DNA from: Octopus vulgaris
Taxonomy: Eukaryota
NCBI GenBank assembly: GCA_951406725.2
Contig: OX597826.1
Span: 66,836,001 to 66,900,000, forward strand
Length of the DNA stretch: 64,000 nt
Direction: 5' to 3'
In this document: in pieces, positions 24,937-40,956 of the stretch
How positions within the stretch are numbered: the stretch's first letter is position 1
Layout of the letters: the number at the start of each line of letters is the position of its first letter
Made by a program: the position numbers and the translations under genes
The notes under the pieces: generated by a model
Told to the model about the DNA's origin: nothing
Databases searched by the model: none
What the model saw: the letters and a program-made list of their open reading frames with translations, nothing else

Positions 24937-25739
24937 GTTATCATTATTAAGACGAAGAATAACAACATTAATATTATCAATGAATTCAACAATTTAATTA
25001 AATAATTTATTTGTATTTGCAGCCCTGTTCCTTTCCGTGCCTCAACTCTTCTCTGTTTGTTACACAAATTCCTACTATATCGGTTGACACGAAATGCTTT
25101 ATTCCGTCCTTGACTCTCATTCACCCCAACATCTTCTCGTTTTCTATCCACCTTCTCCCTCCTTCTCTTCCCCCTCTTTTCATCCACTGAAATTCAAAAC
25201 CTCGTTCTTTGTTGTGTTGGTGTGATTCCCTCCACGCTCCAGATAAACACAGAATTTTGATGATCACGGCATTGAAGAGTAATAAAATTTTTGAAGAACA
25301 ATAAAATTCTTACACTTCCCCACGTCACTCCCACATCAATCCACGTGACACTACACAATGTTATATTACACTACACTTCCCTTCACTATACGAAGCCTCA
25401 TCGTACTATACTATCTTTGTTTTATTTTTCTTTTGGTGGTTCAAGACATTGAACTGCGGCTATGCTGAGTCACCGCCTTGAAGGGTTTAGTCGAACACAT
25501 CGATTCACAATACTTACCTAATGTTTTTTTTCTTTTTTACATTTATTACATATCCTGTCTGTCTCTTTTACTGAATCACAACTTCATGGCGACAAAAACA
25601 AACCAACACCCCGGTTGTGAAACGGCAGTAAGACACAAACACAAACACAAAGTCAGATATATTTTATATTTTCTGTTGCCTTCCACCAAATCCACTCGCG
25701 AAGCTGGGACGGCCCGAGGGTTTAGTAAAAGACACTATA

Positions 25740-26100
25740 GTCGTCGTCGCTGAAGCCTTCGTCGTCGTCATCGTGCGATTTTAGAGCTCGTTGATGACAC
25801 AGCAGCGAAACTCTCCTTGATTAAGTGCGGTTCCTCCCATCGGATGGAACCAGAGCGTTACTCCATTCTGACCCTCTCATGCTATTTTCACGGCAGAGAT
25901 ATATTCGAGCTGTTTGCCATTGACTTCTCCAACTGGATGGCCATTGGCTTGCAAGGAGCTCATCCGTCTTTTGATAGGTCGTGATTTTGGTCCTACTGGG
26001 TGTGCAGATACCTCACAAGAATAACAAGCTACCTCAATAGCGAACCAGTTTAACCGCAGAAAACTTGACCATGAAACATGTAGCACTGGTTTGCATGGTA
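25740..26100 (-). mobile_element. Possible RTE LINE 3' end
   Basis: PVGPKSRPIKRR..A*EG-SEW (cf. PxGxRxRGRPxxRW..AxDRxxW), ending in a short (GAC)n tail. Confidence 0.35.
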
Positions 26101-26353
26101 CCCGTAGTTGGCCTCATCAGCCTGTAATGAGATTCCTGACCTCACTCCTGCACTGTACCATACCCACCCTAACACAAAACACTAAACTGCTACACAGCAT
26201 ACCACTCTCCACTACAACAAACTACCATTACACTAGGTTATACTGCTCTAAACATCACCATGCTGCGATACACCAAACCACGCCATGAGACACCAAACCA
26301 TCCGAGACTTCACTACGCTACTAGGCACAACACGTCAGAACACCACACATACG

Positions 26354-26409
<56 letters not shown>

Positions 26410-27241
26410 AACACTGCATACCTTACCATACGAAACTACATGGCACCAGTGAGTATCATGTCACCGTTCGACCTGAAAAAGTTTGCAGCAAAATCTACTT
26501 CAAATTGTACACCACCATCTTAAAAACAGCGAATGGCGTCTACGGTATACCTAAATATACGGGATGGTCACCGATAGAATTCCTTTGATCATAGCTCTAC
26601 TCATTCATTCAATTTGCATTGCACTTCACTTCATTCTAACCTACATAACAATACACGCTACGACACAACACTGCTCTGCAACTCATTACTCTAAAAACAC
26701 CATACTACATACTACACTATACAACATGGCTCTACGCATCTACCATTATAGACTAGACTACAAAACACCTCTTTGCATCACGCCCTACAACATAAAATGA
26801 CATTACAACGCATTTCACTATGCACACCAACCCAGACTATACAACACCGCATTACAACGTCCAGGCTATGCGACACTGCCTTATAACATATTCCCTATAC
26901 AAACTACACTATATTCCACCCCTGTAGATTACACAGCGCCTACATCAACGATGGTTTGTACATCCTATGTTACCACACTATAGTATAAAACTTTATCTCA
27001 TGCACACCACATCATACTACACAAAAATATAAATACCATATACATTACGTCATTCGCTACAAACAACATCGTCCTGCAAGGTTATTTACTGTATCATTCC
27101 AGACTACGTCATTATACGGTTTTTAGTCTCCCCAACATAATTCCTCTACTGGAAAAAAAAAGGAAGACCATCTAAAAGAAACAGTGGAGAAAAGGATCAA
27201 CAAGAGTGTAAAGAAAAATGTAACAACAATGAGAAGAATAT

Positions 27242-28600
<1,359 letters not shown>

Positions 28601-29854
28601 AAGATAAAAGGATATAAAGAAAATGTTGAAACAAAATGTAAAGAACAGTATCAATAAAAACGTGAACATGAACTTAATTAGGAATGTAATGACAATGTAA
28701 ATAAATATAAACAAAAAATGTAAACAAACATGCAAATGAAATGTAAACAACTCAATATTAAAAAATAAACAATAATGTCAACAACGACGTAAATAGAAAG
28801 TTAAACAGCAATGTTGACAAGAATGTGAATAAGAATGTCAACAAATATTTGAAGGACAAATATAAGGAGGAAACAATATAACGAGAAACGTAAACAATAA
28901 TACAAACAGGAATATAAACAAAAACGTAAAGAATGTGAAGGAAAATGTCAACATAAATGAAAACAAAAATATATACAAAAAATGTCGTCGAGAGAGTAAG
29001 CGAAGACGTAAACAATAAAAATAAGAATGTGGGCAAAATTGAAACAATAAATACGAGGACGACTTGCATGAATATAAAAAGAATATGAAGAAAATGCAAT
29101 CAAGAATGCAAACAAGAATGTAACGAGATTGTAAACGAAAACTTAAACAAAAGCTTTGATCGAAATTGTAAACAAAACACGAAAATGAAATATGAAGAAA
29201 AGTAAATATTTCGTTCTAGAAAGATAAATAAATAAAAAATGTAGAGCAAAATTACATAAAAAAAAATAAAATATAAAACAGAAAACAAAAATGTGGGTTC
29301 CGAAGTATTTGAGAAAGAAATTAAAGAAATGTTGAATAGAAAATGAAATTAAAGTGAATTTGGAAAACAAAAGCGAAACGAAAGAAAAAAATAGGAGGGA
29401 ATGAGGTAAGGAAGGAAGGAAGAAAGTAAGGAAGGAAGGGAGGGAGGAGAAGAGGGAGGAAGGAAGGAAGAAAGGAATGAAGGAAGAAAGGAAAGAAGGA
29501 AGAAATGAAGGAAGGAAGAAAGGAAGTGAGGAAGGAAGGAAGGGTTAGGTTAGGGTTAGGGTTTGGGTTTGGGTTAAGATGGCAGGGCAATAAGAGGAAG
29601 GAATGGAAGAAGGGACAGAAAACGAAGAAAGGAGAGATTGAGGGAAATGAATGAAAAAGAAGGGAGAAATGTCGGACGTGGTAAGAGGAGAGGAAAAGAT
29701 GAAAGAGGGTGGCATGCGGGGAAAGGCGAAGGAAAGAAAAGAGGTCGGTAGAGGAAGGAGAAGAGAAAGCGGCTTCAGTATGGAAAAGAACAACAACGAC
29801 AACGACCAACATAACATATAGGTCAAAGAGAATAAGAATAACAACAACAGTTAC

Positions 29855-29910
<56 letters not shown>

Positions 29911-31441
29911 CAACAACGACTACAAAAGCAGCAGTGACGATAACAACAACTGTAGCAGTGATAACAAGAACAACAGTAACAATAGCAAAAACAATAATAG
30001 CAGTAACAGTGACAATAACAACAATATGAACAACGGTACATATTACAACAAAGACTGCGGTAACAACAGCAGTATTAACAATAGTTACAATAACAAGAAA
30101 AACAACAACGGAAAAAAGTAGTAATAGTAACAAAAACAACAAAGACAATAACAACCACAGGAACAGCAACAGCAATAACCAATAGCAACAACAACAATGA
30201 TGCAATATAACAAAAACAACAATGACGAACAATAGTATGAAGAACAATAACAACAATAAGAAAAAGAATAATAAATGGCGAGAAAAAACTAAAATAAAAG
30301 GAAACAACAATGTAAACTTCTAACAATCGCTCGACTACAGGTGAAAGGAAACTCATACATACATACATACATACATACATACATACATACATACACATGC
30401 GCGCGTATAAGTAGATACGCGCACACAGATAATGCACGACGTATACGGTATAAGTATATACAGACGATATCATGCGTATGGGGTTGCATGAACGCAATAT
30501 GAAATAATAATTTTGACACATACGTGCACACATGCATGCATAAGTACATACACACATGCATTTGTACACACATTTTCATAGCATATATACATACATTCAT
30601 ACATACACGCACAGACGCATATATTGTATATTATATGTATATAGATATTTATATATGTGCAGGTGATATATGAATATACATATATATATACATATATGTG
30701 CATACGTGTGTATGCATGTGTGAGTATATGTGTACGCAAGTAACTGCATGTGTATGTGTATATATATATATATATCCATACATATGTATGCTTTTTATGT
30801 GCGTATATGCATGTATATATACACAGACACTTGAGAGTGTATCCATATTTATATATACACGCATATTATTGTATGTATATATGTATAAGTGTATACACAT
30901 ATGTATCTGTATATATATATATATATATATGCACATACACGAATACGCATACACACACACAAACAAACATACATGCATACATGTATGTATACACATATGC
31001 CCACCGAACGAATCTTTATATTTCGGCATTTATACAAGTGGAAGGGCTGGGATATATAATCAATATGGATTTCTAAAGGAAAAATAGAGAAATGTAGAAA
31101 TCGAATATCGATCTGCTTATATACTCTTCCCTACTCCAAGGCTCCACACTCCCTCACACTTATACACAATGTATAAACAAATACACACAAGCACACACAC
31201 ATGCATACATACACACAGCTCACATGCACACGCATATAGATTTGTTATACATACAGGCATATATGTATATATATATATATATGTGCATATATAACAGTAG
31301 AGTTATCAGGTCTAAACACAAAAGGATATGGGAGATGTTGGAGGTGGTGGGGGTTTAGTAGTAGTAGAAGTAGAAGTGGTAGTAGTGGTAGTGGTGGTGG
31401 TGGTGGTGGTGGTGGTAGTAATAGTATTAGTAGCAGTGGAG

Positions 31442-31477
<36 letters not shown>

Positions 31478-31658
31478 GTAGTAGTAGTAGTAGTAGTTGT
31501 AGTAGTAGTAGTAGTAGTGGTAGTAGTTGCGTCAGTGGTAGTATTATTAATGGCGGTAGTGATTGGGATGTCGATTACAGCGGGGTCAGAAATGCACGTG
31601 GTGCTGGGGGCGGTGGGGGTCAGTAGTAATAGTGGTTGTGGTAGCAGCAGCAGCAGTT

Positions 31659-31691
<33 letters not shown>

Positions 31692-32389
31692 AGGTTGATG
31701 AAGTGGTGCGGATGATGTTAATGGTTGAGATAGCGTTGGTTGTAGTACTGATGGTGGCTGTAGTAATAGGTGAAATACTGTTGGTAGTTGTAGTAGTAGT
31801 GGTGGTGGTGCTGGGAATTTGTGAGATAGTGCTGGTGATAGTATGGGTGGTGGTGATGATGGCGGTGGTAATAGGTGAAATAGTGTTGATGGCTGTAGTG
31901 GTAGTAGTAATAGTAGTCGTAGTTGTGGTAGTGGTGGTCGTGGTGATGGTGTGATGATGGTGGTGGTAATTGGCGAGGTAGTGTCGGTGGTAGTAGGAGT
32001 AACCGTGAAAATGGCGGTTTTATCGTTAGTGGTGGTCTTGATGGTGATGACGATGATGACGGATATGGTTGTGATGATGATAGAGGTGGCGGCGGCGGTG
32101 GTGACGCTGAGCAATGGTGATGTTTGTGGTAACGATACTAACGTTGGTGGTGGTGGTGATAATGATGCTTTCTCGCCCTCCCCCCAGTTCTGGAGGAAAG
32201 TGGGAAGCAATGCCATGCCTTCTGCGAACCCTTCGAGACACGGAAACTAATGCGGTTAATGTTGCTCATAAATTATTGCAATTTGGCGACTGCACAAAAA
32301 AGAAAAAAAATCTGTGGCCAAGGTGGACTTAGTACCTACACATGTAAACTACTGGCTTATTTTATTTATTTGCTATATTTTATCATTTA

Positions 32390-32647
32390 TGTTCTACTTG
32401 TTCCAGTCGTTAGACTACGGCCATGCTGGAGCACTGCTCAGAAGATTTAGTCGAATGAATCGTCACCAACACTTAAGTTATATTTTTTAAGCCTGGTACT
32501 TATTCTATCGGTATTCTTTGCCGAACCGCTATGTTACAGTGACGTAAAAACACCAACGCCGGTTGTCAAGTGGTGGTGGGGACAAACACAGACACACACA
32601 CACACACTCACACAATACATACACACACATGTATATATAAGCCCGTC

Positions 32648-32679
<32 letters not shown>

Positions 32680-32835
32680 GATGGGATTCTTTCAGTTTCC
32701 GTTTTTCCAAATCCACTCACAAGGCTTTAGTTGATTAAAGGCTATTGTAGAAGACATTTGTCATTGCTGAAGGTACCAGGTAGTGGGACTAAACCAGGAA
32801 CCATGTGGTTGGAAACCAAGCTTCTTACCACACAA
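32390..32835 (-). mobile_element. SINE family B
   Basis: Diverged reverse complement of 5546-5990. Confidence 0.75.
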
Positions 32836-35384
32836 TTTAGGCGAGATGTTTTTGTTTAGGAAGATAGGCTGTTGCCCATACATGCAAAATTCCTCTCTCC
32901 AACTCACTGATGTTTATCTAAAGGAAAATCCATTGACTTAAATTGATACGTCTTGGCACCATTGTCATTGGAGACGTTGCAGCCAGAACGCAATGAGTCG
33001 GAATCGATCTTGATATTCTAACAATTTTACCAAACCCTATCTTCATCCTAGATTAGAATGTTTCGCCGAACTGAAAGCGTAAATGGTACGACTTTCGTAG
33101 GATTTGAGCCCAGAGCACAAAAGTTGGAACAAATACTGCTAGAAATTCTATCGAACGTTCTGAAAATGTAGCCAATTCACCACCTTAACCATTATTTTCA
33201 CTACATATATAATTTTGATGAATTCAGTATTCATGCGAATATCAACCTAACTATATGGGTTTCCAGCTGAAGGCAACTCTGAGTGTATTGAGGAACTGTA
33301 TTTGAATCATATTTGTAGCATGTCACTCACTCATTTAGAACTTGCCTTGTCAGCTCTTCTGTATTGCAATTGTTTAGTCCCAAGTAAGCCCTGGTTAAGC
33401 TGGTCTAAGATCAAAGGTTTCATAGCAGTTACCATCTGTCTCTTTTTTTTCCTTTCTGGCTTTGTATTCCTAAAATGACATCATATGATGTGACATTTAT
33501 ATGATTTTATGAGCACTATTCATAAACTCGCAAGCTATTTCATAAACCGCTACTTTTAAAACATCCCCTAATGAATTCATATCCAATGATAACTTCTTCG
33601 GCAGTGGGTAATTTCTTGGTGTGGTATACTTGGCTATTATTTCTAGCATGTTTTGTGACCATATAAAACTTTTCTCATCGACGGCTCCTCTGCGTTGCTG
33701 TTTTCTAGCCCTAAGATAATCTTTGTTGAGAAGATCGAAGGTCAAAGGGTTAGCGCCAGTTACTATCTTTGTCTTTTTTTCTGGCTTTGTATACCTAGGA
33801 TTACATTATTAGATGTGTCTAAAGCGTGATTTGAGGGAGACTTGGTAACTATTTCATAAACCGATGAATCTAGAACATCCTCTAAAGAGGCAATGTCTAA
33901 TGTTGTTTCCTTCAGCTGCACATAATGACGCAATCGTTATACAGAGATGGAAATATATCGCACTCAGCCCAAATCTTTAGCATAAACAACGCGTAATTAG
34001 ATCCCTCAACATTGCTACAAATGCTAAGCTTCACCTTTGCTGAGGGTCTCTACTCAAGAACACACGAGATGAATATAACAAAAACTTCATTTCCTACATG
34101 GCGGTGTGTGGTTTGATTGAACTTTTGGTTGCTATTTTTCGCAGGTCGACCAATCTTGCAGAGGCTCCTTCATTGTCTCGTGCCGTGCGTGGTAGCGTGG
34201 TATTAGGGATGGTGGTGGTGCTAGTGAAAATAATGATAATGGAGTGATGTGGTTAGTTAATATCAGTACAAGCTAAGACAGTGAGCTGGCGTTAACACAC
34301 CGGTGAAATGTTTAACGGCATTTTGTCCGTCTGTACGTTCTGAGTTCAAATTCCGCCGAGGTTCACTTTGCCTTTCATCCTTTCGGGGTCGATAAAATAA
34401 GTACCAGTTGAGTACTGGGGTCAATGTAATCGACTTACATCCTTCCGCAAAATTGTTGGCCTTCTGCCAAAAATTGAAGCCAATAATTGTACAGGTATCG
34501 ATGTTGGTGTTGGTAGCGGTGACGATGCATTGTTCTACAGCTGTTATATTAACCTCAGCCTCGATTCAACATACCTATGATTATAAGCACTCCAACCGTT
34601 ACCACCCCGTCTTAATTTGAAGTAGGCTACCTCTAGAGTCCAGTTATTCAATATGTCCGTCCTCTATTAACGCCGTAGTGTATGACTGAAAGACATGCGA
34701 CTTCTTTCACTATCAAATTGGTCGATGACCTACAGGATCCTCTACTGACACGTGATAGGAGTAGCGGTCTGGTGGGTAATATTCATGTCGCGGGTGGGTG
34801 GCGAGCTGGCAGAGTCATTAACGTGCCGGGCAAAATGCTCAGCGGCATTTCGTCCGTCTTTACGTTTTGGGTTCGAATTCCGCCGAGGTCATCTTTGCCT
34901 TTCATCCCTTCAGGGTCGATAAAATAAGTACCAGTCTATCACTGGAGTCGATGTAATCAACTTCTCACCCCCGCCCCCGTAATTGCTGGCCTTGTGTCAG
35001 AATTTGAGGCGGATATTAACAATGCGGGTAACGGTGATAACAATGGTCTCGGTGTTGGTGGTAGTGCTTGGTGGTAAGTAATATTTACTGTACAGGAGAT
35101 AGTTACAATGATAGTATCGGTGGTAGTAGTCGTATAACTAGTTGCGTTATTCCCAGTATTGGAAATGATAGTGGTGTTGGTGGTAGTAGAGGCTGTAGTG
35201 ATGGTGTTGCTGCTGGCGGTGGTAACACTAGTTGTGGTTGTAGTATTAGAGGTGGCGGTGTTAGTGGTTGTTGTGATGATGATGTTAGTCGGTAATACTC
35301 ACAATTTTGGTAACAGTGGAGGTACTGGTGGTGGTGGTGGTTGAGGTGATGGTGTTGGCTGTAATTATGATGTTGGTAGTAGTA

Positions 35385-35442
<58 letters not shown>

Positions 35443-35812
35443 AAGTAGTGTTTGTAGTAGTGACAGTTTTGGTGGTAGTGGTAGTGTTGGAAACAGTATT
35501 GGTGGTAGCATTGATGGTGGTTGTTTGGTAATGAGAATAAAGATAAATGAATCGCTTGCGTAGGCGGATGGGCACGATATGTAAGTAATCGTATGTGTAG
35601 ATACTTAAATGGTTGGCTATGATAATGAAACGGGTGGCTGCCATTACGGTTGCTATAGAAACAATAGCGAATGATATTGTATTTACAATGGTTCCACTCA
35701 TTGATTCCTTGTTGATACAAATTGGAAAAGAATAAAGAAACAAAAACAGCGACATGAACAGACAAAAAAAAATCGATCAAGCACAATAGATTTGTTTATT
35801 ATTGTAGTAATT

Positions 35813-35858
<46 letters not shown>

Positions 35859-36096
35859 ACATCATCATCAACATCATTATTGAAGTTGCGAGCTGGCAGA
35901 ATCTTTAGCACGCTGGACGAAATGCTTAGGCGGCATTTCGTCCGTCGCAACGTTCTGTGTTCAAATTCCGCTGTGGTCGATTTTGCCTTTCATCCCTTTG
36001 GGGGTCGATGAATTAAGTACCACTGAAATACTGGGGTCTATGTAATCGATTAGTCCCCTCCTACAAAATTTGTATGGTATTAAGGATTATTATTAA

Positions 36097-36155
<59 letters not shown>

Positions 36156-36619
36156 GGTAGTATTATATTATGGCGTACTTATTCGGCATTACCGAGCACA
36201 GCGCTTAAGGGGCTTGGATATGCCCATGAGGATGAATGGTGTAGCTCACAGCATGTGCCTGTAGATCGAAGAACATCAGTTGAGTGAAGGATTATGCGCA
36301 TTATTATCATGGCGATATTGGACCTGTGGGACTCCTTGATTGGCGCTAGCTGGAAGTCTCTTGTGATGGGAGAACGGCATCATCATCTGTTCACATACAA
36401 TGCATACATTTGATCGCATATCCCTCTTTCTCCCTTTCTTCCCCTTCTTATTTTTTTTATAGAAACCTTCACAGAAATACCCCTGTAGTAAATAAAAGAA
36501 ATATTTTTTTTGTTTACGTTTAGTGCACTACTGAGCGCAGTTCTATGGGACCTGGACATGTGCAGTGTTTGGTTTTAGTTTAATATTTCAATTGTATTTT
36601 TTCCCCAAGTCATAACATA

Positions 36620-36845
36620 CCTATTTCTTTACTACCCACAAGGGGCTAAATACAGAGGGGGCAAACAAGGACAGACAAACGGATTAAGTCGATGACATCA
36701 ACCCCAGTGCGTAAGTGGTACTTATTTAATCGACCTCGATAGGATGAAAGGCAAAGTCGACTTCGGTGGAATTTGAACTCAGAACGTAGCGGCAGACGAA
36801 ATACCGCTAAGCATTTCGCCCGTCGTGGTAACGTTTCTGCCGGGC
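36620..36845 (-). mobile_element. SINE A, long-tail form
   Basis: Reverse complement of 1790-2020. Confidence 0.85.
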
Positions 36846-37249
36846 AGGAAAATAACATCACAAGGTGAGACAGGCTGACACTGAATTAGCTTCGCTGATG
36901 GACAGGTGACGGTATTGTTTAGAGAATGCGTGGGCTAAGACTACGCGCCTTCATTGGTCAGTTAAAGTTGAGACAGTGTCACGTGATAACTTGCTGGGGC
37001 TGCCTGCTGGAGCCTAGCAATAGGTATTTGAAGGAAAAATTTGACAAGACAGTCAGTCGCCCGCTGACACTCATTGACGCTACACCGAAGAGGCCAGGGA
37101 ACAGAAGAAAGAAGGAGAAAGAAGACATGCACCCAACACCAGAGCTGAAGACACCTTCGAAAGTGGGGCACCGCCACGTCAAAACAGTAGAGGAGTAGGG
37201 GCCGAAACCGGACGTGGTTCCTTCTGATGATGTCTTGAGCTAATGTTTT

Positions 37250-37550
37250 TGTTGTTTGTTCCTTCTCGTGCCATGCCTGGATCATAAGGGCCGGTTTCCT
37301 TGGTGTATAGGTTCCCCACCTGAACGGGACGCCGGTCCGTCGCAGGTGAGCTGTAAGATGCAGAAGGAAAGAGCGAGAGAAATTTGTGGCGAAAGAGTCA
37401 GCAGAAATTCGCCATTACCTTCTGCCGGATTCGCGTGGAGCTTAGGTGTTTCGCTCATAAACACACACACATCGCCCGGTCTGAGATTCGAACCCACGAT
37501 CCCTCGACCGCGAGTCCGCTGCTCTAACCACTTGGCCATGTGTCTCCACT
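37250..37550 (-). mobile_element. tRNA-derived SINE, head C + tail Y
   Basis: Matches 53273-53563; flanked by the CTTGAGCTAAT duplication. Confidence 0.8.
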
Positions 37551-37748
37551 TGAGCTAATTGGATCCTACAAAGGAGCTGTTGTAGCAGCAAACCACGAAA
37601 CACGGTTGAAATTCCTTCTTCTGTAATGCAAGATCCAGAGCTGCTGCTCCCTTCATGTTGTGCGTATGTGTAAGTCTTGTACGTTTTGGTTAGTTATGTC
37701 TACATGATATCTTTCAAGAATCATCTCCAAAGCACCTATTATTATTAA

Positions 37749-38135
37749 CTAGCAGTATCGCCCGGCGTTGCTCAGGTTTGTACGGGAAATAACTATAAAG
37801 CATTTTTAGAGTTATAGCCAAAAAATAGCAAAAAAATGGAAAAAAATGATGGTAAATTTTTTTTGAGATTTAAAAAAGGTGGAGTTGCGTCCCCTAGACA
37901 GTTTGTGGTTTGTGTTTCTGATTCTCGACCCCATGTCGAATTTACCGATTTTTTTCAGAACTGGGGGAACTTTTCAAATTTTTCGCTGCGTTAGTTTTGA
38001 ATTATGACATTGGGCTATGTGTGTGTCAAGTTTCATCAGAATCGGTTGAAAGCCGTGGTCAGGGTGAGGGTACAACCTGACAGACACACAGAAACACGCA
38101 CAGACAAACTGCCGTTTATATATAGAGAGAAGAGA
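37749..38135 (-). mobile_element. Non-autonomous Helitron
   Basis: Minus strand starts A|TC..TATATATAAA and ends with a subterminal GC-rich hairpin (CCTGAGCAACGCCGGG) followed by CTAG|T; no TSD. Confidence 0.75.
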
Positions 38136-39079
38136 TATAGGGGTTAAGGCGGCGAGATGGCTGAATCGCTTTCACGCCAGGCATTTCGTTCGTCTTTACG
38201 TTCTGAGTTCAAATTCCACCGAGGGCGACTTTGCCTTTTTTTTTATCTCTTCAGAGTCGATAAATAAAGTACGAATCAAATACTAGGGTCTAACTAATCA
38301 ACTCTCCCCTCCCTATAAAATTGCTTTCCTTGAGCCAAAATTTGAAACATTTATTGTGATTGCTTCAGTTTTCAATACTCTCGTTCTTGTTATATGTAAA
38401 TCTTTAAGACTTATGGAATGGTGATGGTGTTGGTGGTAGTACTGCTGGTGGTGATGGTGGCTGTAGTAACAGGTGAAATAATGTTGGTAGTGGTAGTAGT
38501 GGTAGTAGTAGTAGTAGTGGTGGTGGTGGTTCTGGCGCTGGTAATTGGTGAGATAGTGCTGGTGGTAGTATTGATGGTGGTGGTGATGGCGGGGTAATAG
38601 GTGAAATTAAGCTTGGTGGTGGTAGTAGTAGTTGTAGTTGTATTAGTAATAGTAATAGTAGTTGTAGTAGTGGTGGTGGTGGCAATTGACGAGGTAGCGT
38701 CAGTGTTAGTAGGAGTAACCGTGATTATGGTGGTTTTATCGTTAGTGGTGGTCTTCATGGTGATGACGATGATGACGGATATGGTTGTGATGATGATAGA
38801 GGTGGCGGCGGCGGCGGCGATACTGACAGCAATGGTGATGCTAATGGTAACGATGGTAACGTTGGTGGTGATAGCGTTGACACCGATGATGATAAGGTAG
38901 TGATGGTGGATGTGGTGGTGGTAGTGCTGCTGCTGATAATGATACTTCCCCCACTCGTTCTAGAGGAAGGCGGGATACAATGCCATGGCTTTTGTCCTTG
39001 TGTCAAAATTTGAAACAATTATGGTGGTTGTTTCAGTTTTCACTGCCCTCGTTCATGTTATATGTAAATCTTTATATTT

Positions 39080-40530
39080 AGATAATTTCTCAGTTTCTTT
39101 TAGAGATACACCATCGTTTGTTGGGACTGATACTTCGATTAGGAGAACCTTCCATTCTTGATTGATCTTGACGAAAATATCTGGCCGAGTGACCTTGATC
39201 TTATCTATACCTGTTGCTACACCCCAGAGTATGATAGATCAATCATTCCCTGAGAGCTTTTCTGGCGTATGTTTATACCACCGCTTTCCTTTTGAACTTC
39301 CATAATACTGGCATAATTTTCAGTGTATGCAAATCCAACTCTGTCATGCTATTAAGATGTAGCCTTGGGAAGCTAATGACAATCTAGTTAATTGTTTCTT
39401 CACATCTCCACATATTCTGTAGTTATTCAACCTGCTTTGATTCGTACTTTCGCGGTTTCTGATAAGAAATTTTTCATTCCATGCTGCAATAAAGATGCCT
39501 TCAATGTCAACTTCATGTCTTGCACTTCTCAGCCAACGCTATAATTTTTCCTTATCTATTTCCATAAAGTTTACTATTTTGTTCATGGCAAAACAAAAAA
39601 AAAAGCCCCATTTTAACACTAATTTTTCACTATTTTTCACAAAGTGTCCATTACTGATTCACATTCTTCTTTAACTATCTGTTATTTCAGCCTCTGTTTT
39701 GTACCCGTTGACTACTCGAAGAGAGAAAATATCTAGTTTTGTTGTTTTGTAGTCTTATAGTAAATATTTTATAATAGTTTTCTAGCTGCATAATTTCCTG
39801 TATTCGTTGTAAATATGATTAATGATTTGGGATGACAAATCTAAATCCCGTCATTATTTTCTGATTAGTCTCGCGAATTCATTTATAGTCCGGTAGAGAA
39901 TATTATAACTATAGCTATACAGCAACAGTGTTAGTACACATTACCTTATTTTTTCCGCTTTTTTTTAGCTCTGTATTATGTATTACTGTAATGTACCATA
40001 AAATTCCTTCCTAATCTTTCTTTTTCATTTCTGTGCATAATAATCTGTCTAGTCCATTGATTCCTAAGTATTCGTAAGCCTGTGTTTGGTGTAATTCTCT
40101 CATCTTTCATTATCTAACATTGATGCTAGCGTTCTTAATTTTCGATTCTTCGATGTTGCTTTGGTGTAGTTACTCAGAATGTATTTACTACGTCTATTTA
40201 TTATTACTACACTATTCATGGCTAATATTTCAACTATCCAACGAACACTATCAAAAGCCTTCAGGGAATCAATCAATGTTATTTTCAGACTTTTCTCTAC
40301 TCCAGTACCCCAGCAATTTATGGATTTGCTGGTCAATAATTAATATCTACAACTACATTAGCTTTCGTTACATCTATTTCGTACTTCTAGGAACAGATTG
40401 CTTCTTTTCGATGCTTATTTATTGCGGTGAAATTCTGTAGGTTGTAGGACGATTTCTTGTTTTAGAAGGCTTAAGAATTTAATTTTCTCCACCATGAGTA
40501 TCTCGCTAAACATCATTGTGACATTGTTGA
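39080..40530 (-). mobile_element. R4/Dong-clade (restriction-like endonuclease) LINE fossil
   Basis: IDSLKAFDSV; AYEYLGI; WLRSARHEVDIEGIFIAA; RICGD-EET; HDRV; WYKHTPEK..IILWG..TRPDIFV..LLIEVSVP (PD-(D/E)xK domain). Confidence 0.8.
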
Positions 40531-40956
40531 ATATTGATTTCAGGTTTTTGGGCAAGACCGGAAATTTCGAAGTAAGGGCTAAGTCAGTTGCATTGATCCC
40601 AGTGTTCAACTTGTACTTATTCTATCGACCCCAAAAGTATGAAAGGGGAAGTCGACTTCGGCGAGATTTGAAGTCAGGACATGAAGACGAACGAAATACC
40701 AGTAGACATTTTGCTCACCGTGTTAACAATTCTGAAATATTGAAAGCAAAAACTTGGAATCTTATCATTTTGTAGGGCTGTTAATTTGTTTCACTTGTTT
40801 CATTTTTTGTTTTGTTTTTTGTAATGCTTGGGGCTACTCTTTATATTGTTAAGAACTGCCCCCCCCAACCCCACAAAAATTTTTCAGGTGTTGTGTTTAT
40901 TGTTTTGAGCAATATTATCCGTAATGGTTCTTTCTTGTCAATACCTATGCAATTCT

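Noticed and set aside
29542-29576. TTAGGG-like run
   Set aside because: Only a few imperfect units; too short to call an interstitial telomere.
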